Assembly: GCA_003345555.1 (NCBI GenBank)
Contig: PRDJ01000080.1
Span: 1 to 25,869 of the forward strand
Length of the DNA stretch: 25,869 bases
Reading direction: 5' to 3'
Source: Candidatus Thorarchaeota archaeon
Lineage (GTDB): Archaea; Asgardarchaeota; Thorarchaeia; Thorarchaeales; Thorarchaeaceae
Shown one piece after another: positions 16,149 to 24,803 of this stretch (its first letter is position 1; every line of letters starts with the position of its first letter). Under the pieces are notes generated by a model. The model saw nothing but the letters and a program-made list of their open reading frames with translations. It made no database searches and was not told the origin of the DNA. Made by a program: the position numbers and the translations under genes.

Positions 16149-17033
16149 TCACTTGTGCGTGAGCTGAACGAGTCTGTCGACGATTAAGCCTGCAATATCG
16201 AGCCCCGTAACCTCGGATAATGCGCTCCACGATGGTGCTGCGTTTGCCTCAATGACGCAGGGACCGTTCTTGGACTCTATGATATCCACACCGCTGTAGT
16301 CTAAGTGCAGGATTTCCGCAGTCTTAATGGCACATTCCATGTATTCATCGCTGAGGTGTGCTAATACGGCACGGCCTCCGCCGTGCACGTTGGTACGCCA
16401 TTCTCCCTGTTTCTCTGGTACGTATCGGTACATAGAACCGACAACGTTCCCTCCGACTACGAAGGCTCTGATGTCTCGGTCGGGCTTTTCGATTGTCTCC
16501 TGAACGTACAGAACTTGGCCGAGCTGGTGTATGAACTTCAATGCCCTGTATGTGAGTTCACGGTTCTCCGCCCTGATAGCTCCTAAGCCTCGTGATCCAA
16601 TCATGGGCTTCACCACGACATCACCGACCTCGTCTACGAACTTAATTGCAGAATCGAGGTTCTCCCCGACATATGTGCGTGGTACGTTAATGCCAGCCTT
16701 GTGAAGGGCTGTTAGAGTTGCATACTTGTCCTTCGCTCTGCGGAACGAATAGGCAGGATTCATTACGTATATGCCAGCATTCTCGAAATGCTCCAGCAGG
16801 CTTATGCGGTATGTCATCTGATCTCCAGTTCCGAAGCCGAGAGTCCTGACGATTACGCCGTTCATCCCGGATATGTCATCATCTTCCAGGAGAACGAACC
16901 TGTCAGGTATGTTTGCGGAAACATCTGAAAGGCGGAAGGCCTTGACCTCATGTCCCCTGTTTTTCATTGCTTCAATAAGGCCTGCCGTTGCCCAGTTGTT
17001 TATGTTCTCATCATAGGAGATTCCAAGCAGCAA
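16149..17033 (-). CDS. RimK-family ATP-grasp ligase (alpha-L-glutamate ligase; CofF/MptN/RimK-like)
   Basis: MNPAYSFRRAKDKY, VPRT, VVKPMIGSRGLG, YVQE, DIRAFVVG, WRTNVHGGG, GVDI and EANAAP. Confidence 0.9.
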   Translation of the reverse strand: MLLGISYDENINNWATAGLIEAMKNRGHEVKAFRLSDVSANIPDRFVLLEDDDISGMNGVIVRTLGFGTGDQMTYRISLLEHFENAGIYVMNPAYSFRRAKDKYATLTALHKAGINVPRTYVGENLDSAIKFVDEVGDVVVKPMIGSRGLGAIRAENRELTYRALKFIHQLGQVLYVQETIEKPDRDIRAFVVGGNVVGSMYRYVPEKQGEWRTNVHGGGRAVLAHLSDEYMECAIKTAEILHLDYSGVDIIESKNGPCVIEANAAPSWSALSEVTGLDIAGLIVDRLVQLTHK

Positions 17034-17223
17034 TTGATGCCACTTCCTGCCCTTGATAGGATTCGGCCGTTCTCGCCCTAAGCTGGTTCTTTATTGAAGG
17101 TGTTGATTGATGGCCGATAGGGCACTTATACAAGAAGCATTATGAGCAGCTGGAGAATATGCGGCTCCTGAGACACAGAGGCCGAGTTCGTCCTAATGTC
17201 GAAAACGTGTAGAGGGAACCCTG

Positions 17224-18225
17224 ATGCTGGAGGCAATGGTTGAGAAATCCAGACAGCTGGCCGAGGAAAGAGAGCGTTCATTTAGACTTAGGGCTGGAAT
17301 GGAGCTAGCCGCGAAAGGTCAGAATCCGCATATTCTTGTGGTTTCGCCCATCCACAAGTCCGGTCACGACTACATCCTGCTGGGTTTGGGACAAGGTGAT
17401 GCCTTTTGGGCAACTCGTCTTCCGAGGACCCGTCTCCTTGATTCTGATGAGTCTCCCTTCCTCTTTGGAGGACCAGCTGCATATTCCAGTCAATTCGGTA
17501 TAGTTTTCGCTGTCATCACCTTCGAATCTGACGAGCCTGATGACGTCGTTCAAGAATCAGTGTCTGCCTTTACTCAAAACGAACACATGAGGGCTGCTCA
17601 TGTCATAGGACTCCAAATGGACCCAACGGGCTCTTACCGACTTGTGGGTGAAGTCAAGTTCAGAGACCGGATTTTGGCGAGGTTGTTGGCTGCAAGAAGG
17701 AGGAGGCCTTCCGAGACCGACCATAATGTGCTGGTCGTATTGTGCTCGGACTCGAGACTCCTACCCCCTAGCACATCCAGCGGCATACCCCTGATGATAA
17801 GGACACTCGGTGGGTTCGTTCCTGCCCTTGATGATGCATCTCGTGAAACACAAGAGTTGGATGATTTTCTCGCCCACTGGCTAGAGGAGGAGCCCTCTAG
17901 AAAGAGAATAGTGGTCATTGCACATGGGCACGCCACTAACGAAGCCGCAGTCTGCGGCGCAGCCAAGGCGTCCCTGAATCCTTCCGAGTTGACTGACGAA
18001 TCGCTTCAGCTTATCGTGAAACGCATTGCGAACGATGCAAAGCGTGCAGACCGGGCTCATGATGCGACACCTTATGGTCGTGCAATTGCGACTGCAAGAG
18101 CAACAAGAGAGAACCTCCGCACGTACACGGCCATTCGCGAATTTGAAAGGAAGCGGCTGCTTCCCTCTGAGTTTATTCAACCGGCTTTTATGGATACGAT
18201 AACCGGTGTCCTAGCGCCTCTATGA
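17224..18225 (+). CDS. Beta-carbonic-anhydrase-like protein with two repeats, the N-terminal repeat degenerate
   Basis: The C-terminal half has CSDSR (17743-17757), RTLGG and HGH....CGA. The N-terminal half has AKGQNPHILVV and LGLGQGDAF but lacks CxDxR. Confidence 0.65.
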   Translation: MLEAMVEKSRQLAEERERSFRLRAGMELAAKGQNPHILVVSPIHKSGHDYILLGLGQGDAFWATRLPRTRLLDSDESPFLFGGPAAYSSQFGIVFAVITFESDEPDDVVQESVSAFTQNEHMRAAHVIGLQMDPTGSYRLVGEVKFRDRILARLLAARRRRPSETDHNVLVVLCSDSRLLPPSTSSGIPLMIRTLGGFVPALDDASRETQELDDFLAHWLEEEPSRKRIVVIAHGHATNEAAVCGAAKASLNPSELTDESLQLIVKRIANDAKRADRAHDATPYGRAIATARATRENLRTYTAIREFERKRLLPSEFIQPAFMDTITGVLAPL

Positions 18226-18230
18226 GCTTG

Positions 18231-18902
18231 TCAGACGCGCTGAAGCCGGGCCTCATAGCTCACAATCATATCCTCATATACTGGCAAATCCAGTAAGAAG
18301 GAGTTCAGCTGGAAAACGGGTACGATTGGTACGCCTTCTTGAAACTCAGTGTTTTCAATAAGCCATGTAACAAGGACCGGAATCACTCTATACAATCCGT
18401 CTCTCATGCCTGGGATTCTATCGGATAGTTTCTTGATCTGATCCGGCAGTCTGGCGGTCCGATCTTTCTGCCTATCTGCTGCCGTCATCAGGGCGGAGGA
18501 TTTTCCCGGTCGTACGCCCCACATTTTTGCGTCGATCGCGATCACCGTATTTCCTTTGACACCAATGACATCTACCTCCATGCCCTTCACTAGCTGGTTT
18601 CCCCGCCTCCTGAAGCTCTCCACACAGGCATAGTCATTCTCGGTCAGGACTCTTGCAACAAAAGCTTCGAAATCCTTCCATGTCATTCTCTCAATGACAG
18701 ACTCAATCTCAGCTCCTGAAGAGACCGCAAGCAGAGCCAGCGAGACTCTTTGCTCTCTAGAGATATGGAGTTGCTCATCCATCGTCTTGCGAACTTCGAG
18801 CTGTGCAAGAATGCTTCTGCTCTGATCATCAAGAGACGATATTGTGCCATTCTCCTTGCTTTCTTCAAGCAGGTGGAGTATTTGCTGAAGTCTGTCGGTC
18901 AT
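18231..18902 (-). CDS. PD-(D/E)XK restriction-endonuclease-like (Mrr-type) protein
   Basis: MTWKDFEAFVARVL..EVDVIG..IAIDAKMW is an Mrr-cat-like pattern. ATG at 18902 avoids overlap with the DUF2769 gene. Confidence 0.75.
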   Translation of the reverse strand: MTDRLQQILHLLEESKENGTISSLDDQSRSILAQLEVRKTMDEQLHISREQRVSLALLAVSSGAEIESVIERMTWKDFEAFVARVLTENDYACVESFRRRGNQLVKGMEVDVIGVKGNTVIAIDAKMWGVRPGKSSALMTAADRQKDRTARLPDQIKKLSDRIPGMRDGLYRVIPVLVTWLIENTEFQEGVPIVPVFQLNSFLLDLPVYEDMIVSYEARLQRV

Positions 18903-18987
18903 TCCATCATGGCATAGACACAGTCTTTTATAATATTGAAGTTGCTGGATATCACGGTTTACTCGGAGAGCAAGATCGGTGAACTGA

Positions 18988-19302
18988 ATGGCAGACATTG
19001 AAACATGGGCTACAGATTCGTTCGAAGCGAAGTACAAAGCTCTGATGAGTGGCATGTCTGAAGCCGATTTGAAGAAAAGCGCGGTACAAGTACTACATCT
19101 CTGTCAATGCGATAAGTGTCCGACGAATACTGATGTCGGAGAGATTAGTGCCGTGTATTGCACCTTGGGAAGAAGGGACAGGGATCCTAAACGAAAGGGC
19201 TGTCTGTGCTCAAATTGCGCAATAACTAGGACGATGAGCCTACGCTGGGATTACTACTGCACAAGGGGCTCGGCAGTGGAGTTGTCAGAGTATCACCAGT
19301 GA
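18988..19302 (+). CDS. DUF2769-like Cys-rich protein
   Basis: CQCDKCPT..YC..G..KGCLCSNC....L...YYC..G, with eight Cys in the DUF2769 pattern. Confidence 0.75.
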   Translation: MADIETWATDSFEAKYKALMSGMSEADLKKSAVQVLHLCQCDKCPTNTDVGEISAVYCTLGRRDRDPKRKGCLCSNCAITRTMSLRWDYYCTRGSAVELSEYHQ

Positions 19303-19449
19303 ATTGACAGATGTCATATGTGCAAAAGAAGGCATGTTTGAGGCAGTGGCAGCAACGCTCATACTAGGCCGGGTATACGATGGTGTGGGCAAACCGTGCA
19401 ATCCAGTTATCTTGATAACATGAACTCCTCCACACCAAGGCGATGGTTC

Positions 19450-19944
19450 ATGTCTGAGACGCAAGACGCTTGGCAGCGTGTTATCAGTGCCTTTGAGGAG
19501 TGGATAGAGTACGAGGCCACGGAATTTGCTCCTTGGACTGGATACTTCTCGATTGAGAACCTAAGGGACTTGACAGACGAAGAGCGGGTGGGCTGGATGT
19601 ATTCCATGGTTGACGAAACTATCCCTAGCCGCGTCGAGAGGTGCCGTCAAGCCGGCGTCGCCTTTGAAGACTTTCTGCCATACATGCCAGACAGCGATGC
19701 TGTTGAAGTAGTCCAGTCCATGATTGAACTCGGCACGGTCATTCAGGACTCCATGCTGGGCGAAAGTGACGTCATCGGTGACATGATAGAGGCATACAAA
19801 GAGGGTGGTCTGGACGAAATCGAGCCCCTTCTTGAATCCCTTTCAGAAGCAGAGCTTGACATTAGGCATCACATGAGTCTCTACAGTCAGGGATTCAGAA
19901 AGCTGAGTTCTGCTGGCTTCGAGCTTCCTAGCGACATGGAGTAG
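19450..19944 (+). CDS. Acidic alpha-helical hypothetical protein
   Basis: Long, highly acidic ORF with plausible composition. ATG at 19450 (MSETQDAW) is preferred over GTG at 19396. Confidence 0.7.
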   Translation: MSETQDAWQRVISAFEEWIEYEATEFAPWTGYFSIENLRDLTDEERVGWMYSMVDETIPSRVERCRQAGVAFEDFLPYMPDSDAVEVVQSMIELGTVIQDSMLGESDVIGDMIEAYKEGGLDEIEPLLESLSEAELDIRHHMSLYSQGFRKLSSAGFELPSDME

Positions 19945-20044
19945 GTTTTTGAGAGCCCCGACTGAGATGGCGGGCAAAGCTTAAGTGCGATGAAGAAGAG
20001 GGCTCTTTACCCGATTTGAAGTGAGGTGAAAAACGCAATGGGTA

Positions 20045-20482
20045 GTGTATCTATGCCATCTGCCCATCGATGTCGGGTCGCTCAGACAAGTGGTGGGTGC
20101 CAAATCCGCCGACAAGGTGGATGTGTTCTCTGGTGGCCGTGAGTCACCTGAGTTAGAAGCCAAACCAGCTGAGAAGCCTTCTTTTGAGAGCCTTGCCTCG
20201 ACATTTCTGAAACTAGCAGATGTCCGAATGAGCGAGACGCAAAAGGCTGTACTGAGGATGACCGCTTGGCTGCTCAGATTCCACACCCTGACTGTCACAG
20301 GCTTGGCCGATCAAGTGTCGCGTAGAGGTAGTCTTCCGTATAGTACCGCCAAATGGAATCTCCATGCTCTGATGGACATGGGCCTGCTGGTCGGAGGCGA
20401 CGTAAGAAAGAGGGGACTTCAGGCAAGCCTGACTGCGACAGGACGCATGCTCGCCGACCATCTTTGGCAGACGGAGGAATGA
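20045..20482 (+). CDS. Winged-helix DNA-binding protein (C-terminal wHTH); start uncertain
   Basis: MSETQKAVL..TVTGLADQVSRRGSLPYSTAKWNLHALMDMGLL..ASLTATGRMLA fits HTH plus wing (LxxxGLL, LTxxG). Confidence 0.7.
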   Translation: MYLCHLPIDVGSLRQVVGAKSADKVDVFSGGRESPELEAKPAEKPSFESLASTFLKLADVRMSETQKAVLRMTAWLLRFHTLTVTGLADQVSRRGSLPYSTAKWNLHALMDMGLLVGGDVRKRGLQASLTATGRMLADHLWQTEE

Positions 20483-20505
20483 AAACCTAAGCAGAACATA
20501 CGGAA

Positions 20506-20594
20506 CCCCTTTGTTCTCGGTCGTGTGGCAGGACCGGGCAACAAAGGGGGTAACCCCGTTTCTCCATCATGGATGATACAGTGTCCATGAGTGG
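20506..20594. other. Structured intergenic element with two hairpins and an alternative pairing
   Basis: cccctttgtt (20506-20515)/aacaaagggg (20540-20549) plus inner ctcggtc/gaccggg. A second stem tcatgga/tccatga lies at 20567-20590. Confidence 0.5.
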
Positions 20595-20679
20595 CAGCCA
20601 AATATCCTGATAGTCGAGCATTGGACTTTGAAAAGGTTGATAAACCACGCACGAACCCGGCTCCGGTTGTGCAACGGCC

Positions 20680-21915
20680 ATGACCTCTCTCACGATTGAA
20701 CACCTTGAGAAATGGTACAAGAAGCGTCTTGCTGACAAATCGAAGGACTTTGTCAAACAGGCAGAGAGAAGCTACAAGGTCGTCGAGAGGAGTCTCAAAG
20801 ACGTTCAGGCGATAGCAGAGACCCTCAAGGAAGCCAGCGCCGAAGAAGATGAGGAATCAGAAGGCATTGCGGCAAGGTTCGCGATGAAAATCAGTGAGAT
20901 TGTCGACAATTTCGACGTCAAGAAGACAATAACATACGAGAGCACCGAAGCCTTGCAGATTCAGATAGATCGATTCATCAGAGACGTGTGGGATGCAGGT
21001 GCTAGGTGGATAGGTAGGATGGACAAGAAGCACAAGGCTTCAATCAAGTCTCTCGACATGTACATGAAAGAACTCTCACTTGAGATGAAGAAACTTGGCA
21101 AGCTTCTCTATGATTTCAGCTGGCTGAAGGACGTTGAACGAATAGACGGGCGTATACAGTCCTTTCGTGAGATGACACTTGGAAGAGAGAACTTTGAGGA
21201 ACAGGTTCGTCAAGTGAGACTCAGGATTGACTCCGCGAAGAAAGAGTATTCATCCGCAAAGCATGCTTACGATCAATTCAGGCAGTCCTCGAATGTGGGC
21301 GAACTCCTCACCCTTGATGAGGAATCCGAACGAGTCTCCAGCATCCTGAGAATGAAGCTCAATCCTTTGAAGAAGCAAGTCAAGGCATTTCTGCAGAAGG
21401 GAACCGATATTCAGGTGGGTGCATCAGGACAAAAGGCTCTCATTGACTACTTCGAGAATCCTTTGACCGCCATTACGGCTGAACCAGACGGATATCCGGG
21501 CCTTGTTGAAGGACTTGACGGTCTTAGACAGGCATTGGAGGGTGGTATGCTAGCTCTCAAGGACCGACTGGAGCGCCGCGCGATTGAGGAAATAGAGGAC
21601 ATCAAGAAAGGGTCATTGCGTGACTTGCAGAATCAAGCCAAGGCGATTGACGAGAAACGTCGGAGGTTCGCGGGGTCCGAAGTATATGAAAGGAATGCGG
21701 AGCTCGCATCTCGTCTGGAAGAGGCAAGCAAGAATCTGGAGTATCACAAGAACGACCTCCTCAGAATCAGGGACGACATCGTCAAGCAGCTTGAAAGAAT
21801 CAAGGATTCTAAGACTCGGATAGAGAGCGACCTGCTCACTTCATTCAGTGAATCAGTTGTCATAGATGTCGGAATCACACTTGAGCCCTTGTTGGAGAAG
21901 TGCAAGATAGAGTAG
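20680..21915 (+). CDS. Large coiled-coil hypothetical protein
   Basis: 411 aa, charged and helical with heptad-like segments. No catalytic motifs, and no Walker A was seen. Confidence 0.8.
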   Translation: MTSLTIEHLEKWYKKRLADKSKDFVKQAERSYKVVERSLKDVQAIAETLKEASAEEDEESEGIAARFAMKISEIVDNFDVKKTITYESTEALQIQIDRFIRDVWDAGARWIGRMDKKHKASIKSLDMYMKELSLEMKKLGKLLYDFSWLKDVERIDGRIQSFREMTLGRENFEEQVRQVRLRIDSAKKEYSSAKHAYDQFRQSSNVGELLTLDEESERVSSILRMKLNPLKKQVKAFLQKGTDIQVGASGQKALIDYFENPLTAITAEPDGYPGLVEGLDGLRQALEGGMLALKDRLERRAIEEIEDIKKGSLRDLQNQAKAIDEKRRRFAGSEVYERNAELASRLEEASKNLEYHKNDLLRIRDDIVKQLERIKDSKTRIESDLLTSFSESVVIDVGITLEPLLEKCKIE

Positions 21916-21928
21916 GGGGCCCCGGCTG

Positions 21929-22750
21929 TTGAGGGTTCTCGTAACATCGGTGAAGGATATCGCCAGTCAGACAATTCGGGATGTTCTTGTCGGGGATTAT
22001 GGTTTCTCTAACTCCGGAGAGTCTTTCGAGGGCAATCCAATCATGGCTCGCGATAAGTCTGCTGTGTTGATAACATCCAATCGAGATCTCATAGAATGCG
22101 GCCATCTTGAGGAGAGATTCAACGCTGAGGCATTCATCTTCTGTTCTCGTCATCGAGCACAGTCAGGTCGTCCCGCCTTGCTTGTGCACAGTACTGGCAA
22201 CCTCGGGAATGAGGCGCTTTTCGGTGGGCGGCCGCAGGAACTTTCAGTGTCGGTGGCGTCCTTGGTTGCGGCAGCTCTGAGGAGACTCCATCGGGAGCAG
22301 AATGAACGAAACCTAAGCCAATTCGAGGTTAGCATGGAGGTAACTCATCATGGACCAACATCTATGAAAACTCCGTTGCTATTTGTCGAGCTTGGGAGTG
22401 ATGAAAGCCATTGGCGCAATAAAGAGGCGGCCAAAGCAGTAGCGGCAGCGGCGATTGACTGTGTGAGTGAGCCGATCGCGCGTGATGCTACCATTGCTTT
22501 CGGCGGAACGCACTATGCGACTAAGTTCAACAGCATCGTGATTGAGGGCCGACACAGAATAGGTCATATGGCCCCGAAACATGCTCTGGACGCAATAACT
22601 GGTGACGTTGTTCGCCAGATGGTGTACCGTGCCAAGGAGAAGACTACTGCCGCGTTGATTGATTGGAAGGGCACGAATGCTGAACAGAGAGAGCGTGTCC
22701 TACCCATCCTCGAGAGCATGGGAATAGAGATTGTGCGAGCACGGAGCTAG
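21929..22750 (+). CDS. dtdA: Archaeal D-aminoacyl-tRNA deacylase (DTD2/GEK1 family)
   Basis: SRHRAQSG.PAL.VHSTGN, EVTHHGPT, FVELGS.E..W, FGGTHYA.KF and GHMAPK. Confidence 0.93.
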   Translation: MRVLVTSVKDIASQTIRDVLVGDYGFSNSGESFEGNPIMARDKSAVLITSNRDLIECGHLEERFNAEAFIFCSRHRAQSGRPALLVHSTGNLGNEALFGGRPQELSVSVASLVAAALRRLHREQNERNLSQFEVSMEVTHHGPTSMKTPLLFVELGSDESHWRNKEAAKAVAAAAIDCVSEPIARDATIAFGGTHYATKFNSIVIEGRHRIGHMAPKHALDAITGDVVRQMVYRAKEKTTAALIDWKGTNAEQRERVLPILESMGIEIVRARS

Positions 22751-22897
22751 TTCAGGTGGCTCAAGATTACGCGCACGTTCCTCGGTTATCGATTTGGCAA
22801 TCACAATCATGTGCGCGAGCCGTTTGCTACAATCGACGAAAGGCTAAATACGGACATTAACGTCGTCTGCCGTAGTACAAGCAGAGTCGTGTTGACA

Positions 22898-23758
22898 ATG
22901 TCCGAAGGATCGCTTGGAGACCTCCAGAAGAAACTCGAGCACCTCACTGAAGAGCTTGACTCGCTGAAAGAGGAAGTCCACCAACAGACAGAATCCGTCT
23001 CAAAGATTGATGAACTCATGGCCTCTGTTCAGGGAATCGACTCGACCATGCGAGAGACATTAGCCTCACGAGAAACCGAGGTGCTTTTCAGAAAGATGGA
23101 CGACATTCTGATTTCTGTAAAAGACGTCGATGCGATTCTAAGAGAAGGTCGCGAGGGCCAAGATGGTGCACTCGGGAAGAAGATCGATGATCTGCAACAT
23201 TATGTGGCAAGTCTTTCGACCCTTGAGGAGAAGTTTGAGGAGCTTACTCGTGCATTCTCTGAAACGCAAGAGATAGTCAGCATCATAGTGCGGCAGCTCG
23301 ACGATATAGAGCGCAAGTACAACAAGACTCTGGATGAAGTGACCAAAGTAGTGGGAATAGCTGGAAAGGGGACCGAGGAAGCACCGAAACCAGAGAAGTC
23401 CAAGGCGGGCAAAGCTGAAAGGAAGGAGCAGCAGACATCATGGGCCGAGACCGGTGAGGAAGAGGAGACACGCGAATCTGTTACGCCCGCAACCATTGAT
23501 TCATTAATCGATGACCTTCTTAAGCTTGTCCGGCCTCAGACCCAAGCCGACAAGATGGCAAAGGCATTAGAAGAAGCACGCGACAAGTTGACTGTTCTCA
23601 TTCCTGGGCACACTCCCGTTCTCTTTCAATTCGGCAGAATCGCTCGAGAACTAAAATCCTATCCGCCCACAGCCACCTTGAACGAGAATGACATCGCTCG
23701 TTTGAACAAGGAAATACGAGGCTGGGCCCAGAAGTTGAAGGAATTGACAAAGGGATAG
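22898..23758 (+). CDS. Coiled-coil protein with an acidic linker and a small C-terminal helical domain
   Basis: Heptad-rich N-terminal ~170 aa, a low-complexity K/E linker, then a compact domain ending in GW..KL. ATG at 22898 is preferred. Confidence 0.75.
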   Translation: MSEGSLGDLQKKLEHLTEELDSLKEEVHQQTESVSKIDELMASVQGIDSTMRETLASRETEVLFRKMDDILISVKDVDAILREGREGQDGALGKKIDDLQHYVASLSTLEEKFEELTRAFSETQEIVSIIVRQLDDIERKYNKTLDEVTKVVGIAGKGTEEAPKPEKSKAGKAERKEQQTSWAETGEEEETRESVTPATIDSLIDDLLKLVRPQTQADKMAKALEEARDKLTVLIPGHTPVLFQFGRIARELKSYPPTATLNENDIARLNKEIRGWAQKLKELTKG

Positions 23759-23943
23759 GGGAAAAGCCGATTTCATTGCTGGTCTCGGGCTTCCTCTGTG
23801 TTCGTTAGTGCCCTCGCTTCTTCCATAACTTTATCATTGTAGAGCCTGATGCCCTTTTCGCACCGGGCCCTGGTGTGAAGCAACGGCAACTGGGTGGCAG
23901 TTGATTAGCAGTTGCTTGAATGCAAGACAGGTGAACAGGTAAC

Positions 23944-24759
23944 ATGATGGACTACGAGAGACATGACAGCACCCTTGCATCGAGACTGGAACTTCTTGAC
24001 AAGGCGGCAGATACCCAGTTATCAAGAGAATTAATGCAGCTCCACAAGAAGAAGTGCATCACCTGTCAGGAAGACCGACTTGCGTGCACGGTTCGTCCTG
24101 CCTGTAAAGATCGCAACTTCCTCAACATGCTCATTGATCTCGGAGTCGAAGTGAAAGACCTTCCGAGCTTCTGCTATTCTGTCTACCTTGATCAGGTGAA
24201 ACGGTATATCCTTGAGAAGAGAACCCGTGAGATGGTAGATCGTAGAGTTCCCATTCGAGACTTCCTTTCCGCTTTGAACATGAGTTCGATTAGACAATTC
24301 ACAACTAGGTTCTCCAAGATCTGGGCGAGGTTTTCAACGGTTAGGGAAGGGAATCTGCTGCTTGTGACCGGTGACGACATGTTCTTTCACTTTGACTTTG
24401 CACGGGATACTGTAGTACTCAATCCTAACCACATACCCATACGGGACTTTCAGGCACTTAGGCTGTACGTCTCCCTCTTCTCCGAGTACTACAATCTAAA
24501 ATGCCAGCTTATAGATGAAACGACTAACTGGTGGATTCTTGCTGTCGAAGTGAAGAACAAAGAGGCGAAGAAGCAGCTTGAGTCTTTGAAGTCATTAGTT
24601 GCTCACCGTATCGAGCTGCTGAGTCTGAAAACGTCGGACGGAGGTATCCGCCTTCAGGTCGAGATCATTACCGACGATCATAGGTCGCCGCCTGAAGTTG
24701 GAGACCTGAGAAAAGTGTTCGGATTAGCTGCGGGGCAAACACAGACTGGAAACGTGTGA
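23944..24759 (+). CDS. Hypothetical protein with an N-terminal Cys cluster (C-x2-C-x6-C-x5-C)
   Basis: 271-aa ORF containing CITCQEDRLACTVRPAC and a further FCY. Confidence 0.75.
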   Translation: MMDYERHDSTLASRLELLDKAADTQLSRELMQLHKKKCITCQEDRLACTVRPACKDRNFLNMLIDLGVEVKDLPSFCYSVYLDQVKRYILEKRTREMVDRRVPIRDFLSALNMSSIRQFTTRFSKIWARFSTVREGNLLLVTGDDMFFHFDFARDTVVLNPNHIPIRDFQALRLYVSLFSEYYNLKCQLIDETTNWWILAVEVKNKEAKKQLESLKSLVAHRIELLSLKTSDGGIRLQVEIITDDHRSPPEVGDLRKVFGLAAGQTQTGNV

Positions 24760-24803
24760 TTTAGTGACGAGTGCATGCAGTTTCAGGGAGGAATAGATCC
24801 ACA

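Noticed and set aside
11780-19055. MTase and Mrr-like nuclease as one restriction-modification system
   Set aside because: They are about 5.6 kb apart with unrelated housekeeping genes in between, and nothing in the sequence links their specificities.
20680-21915. SMC/Rad50/SbcC ATPase call for the coiled-coil protein
   Set aside because: No Walker A/B, signature motif or zinc-hook CxxC is visible.
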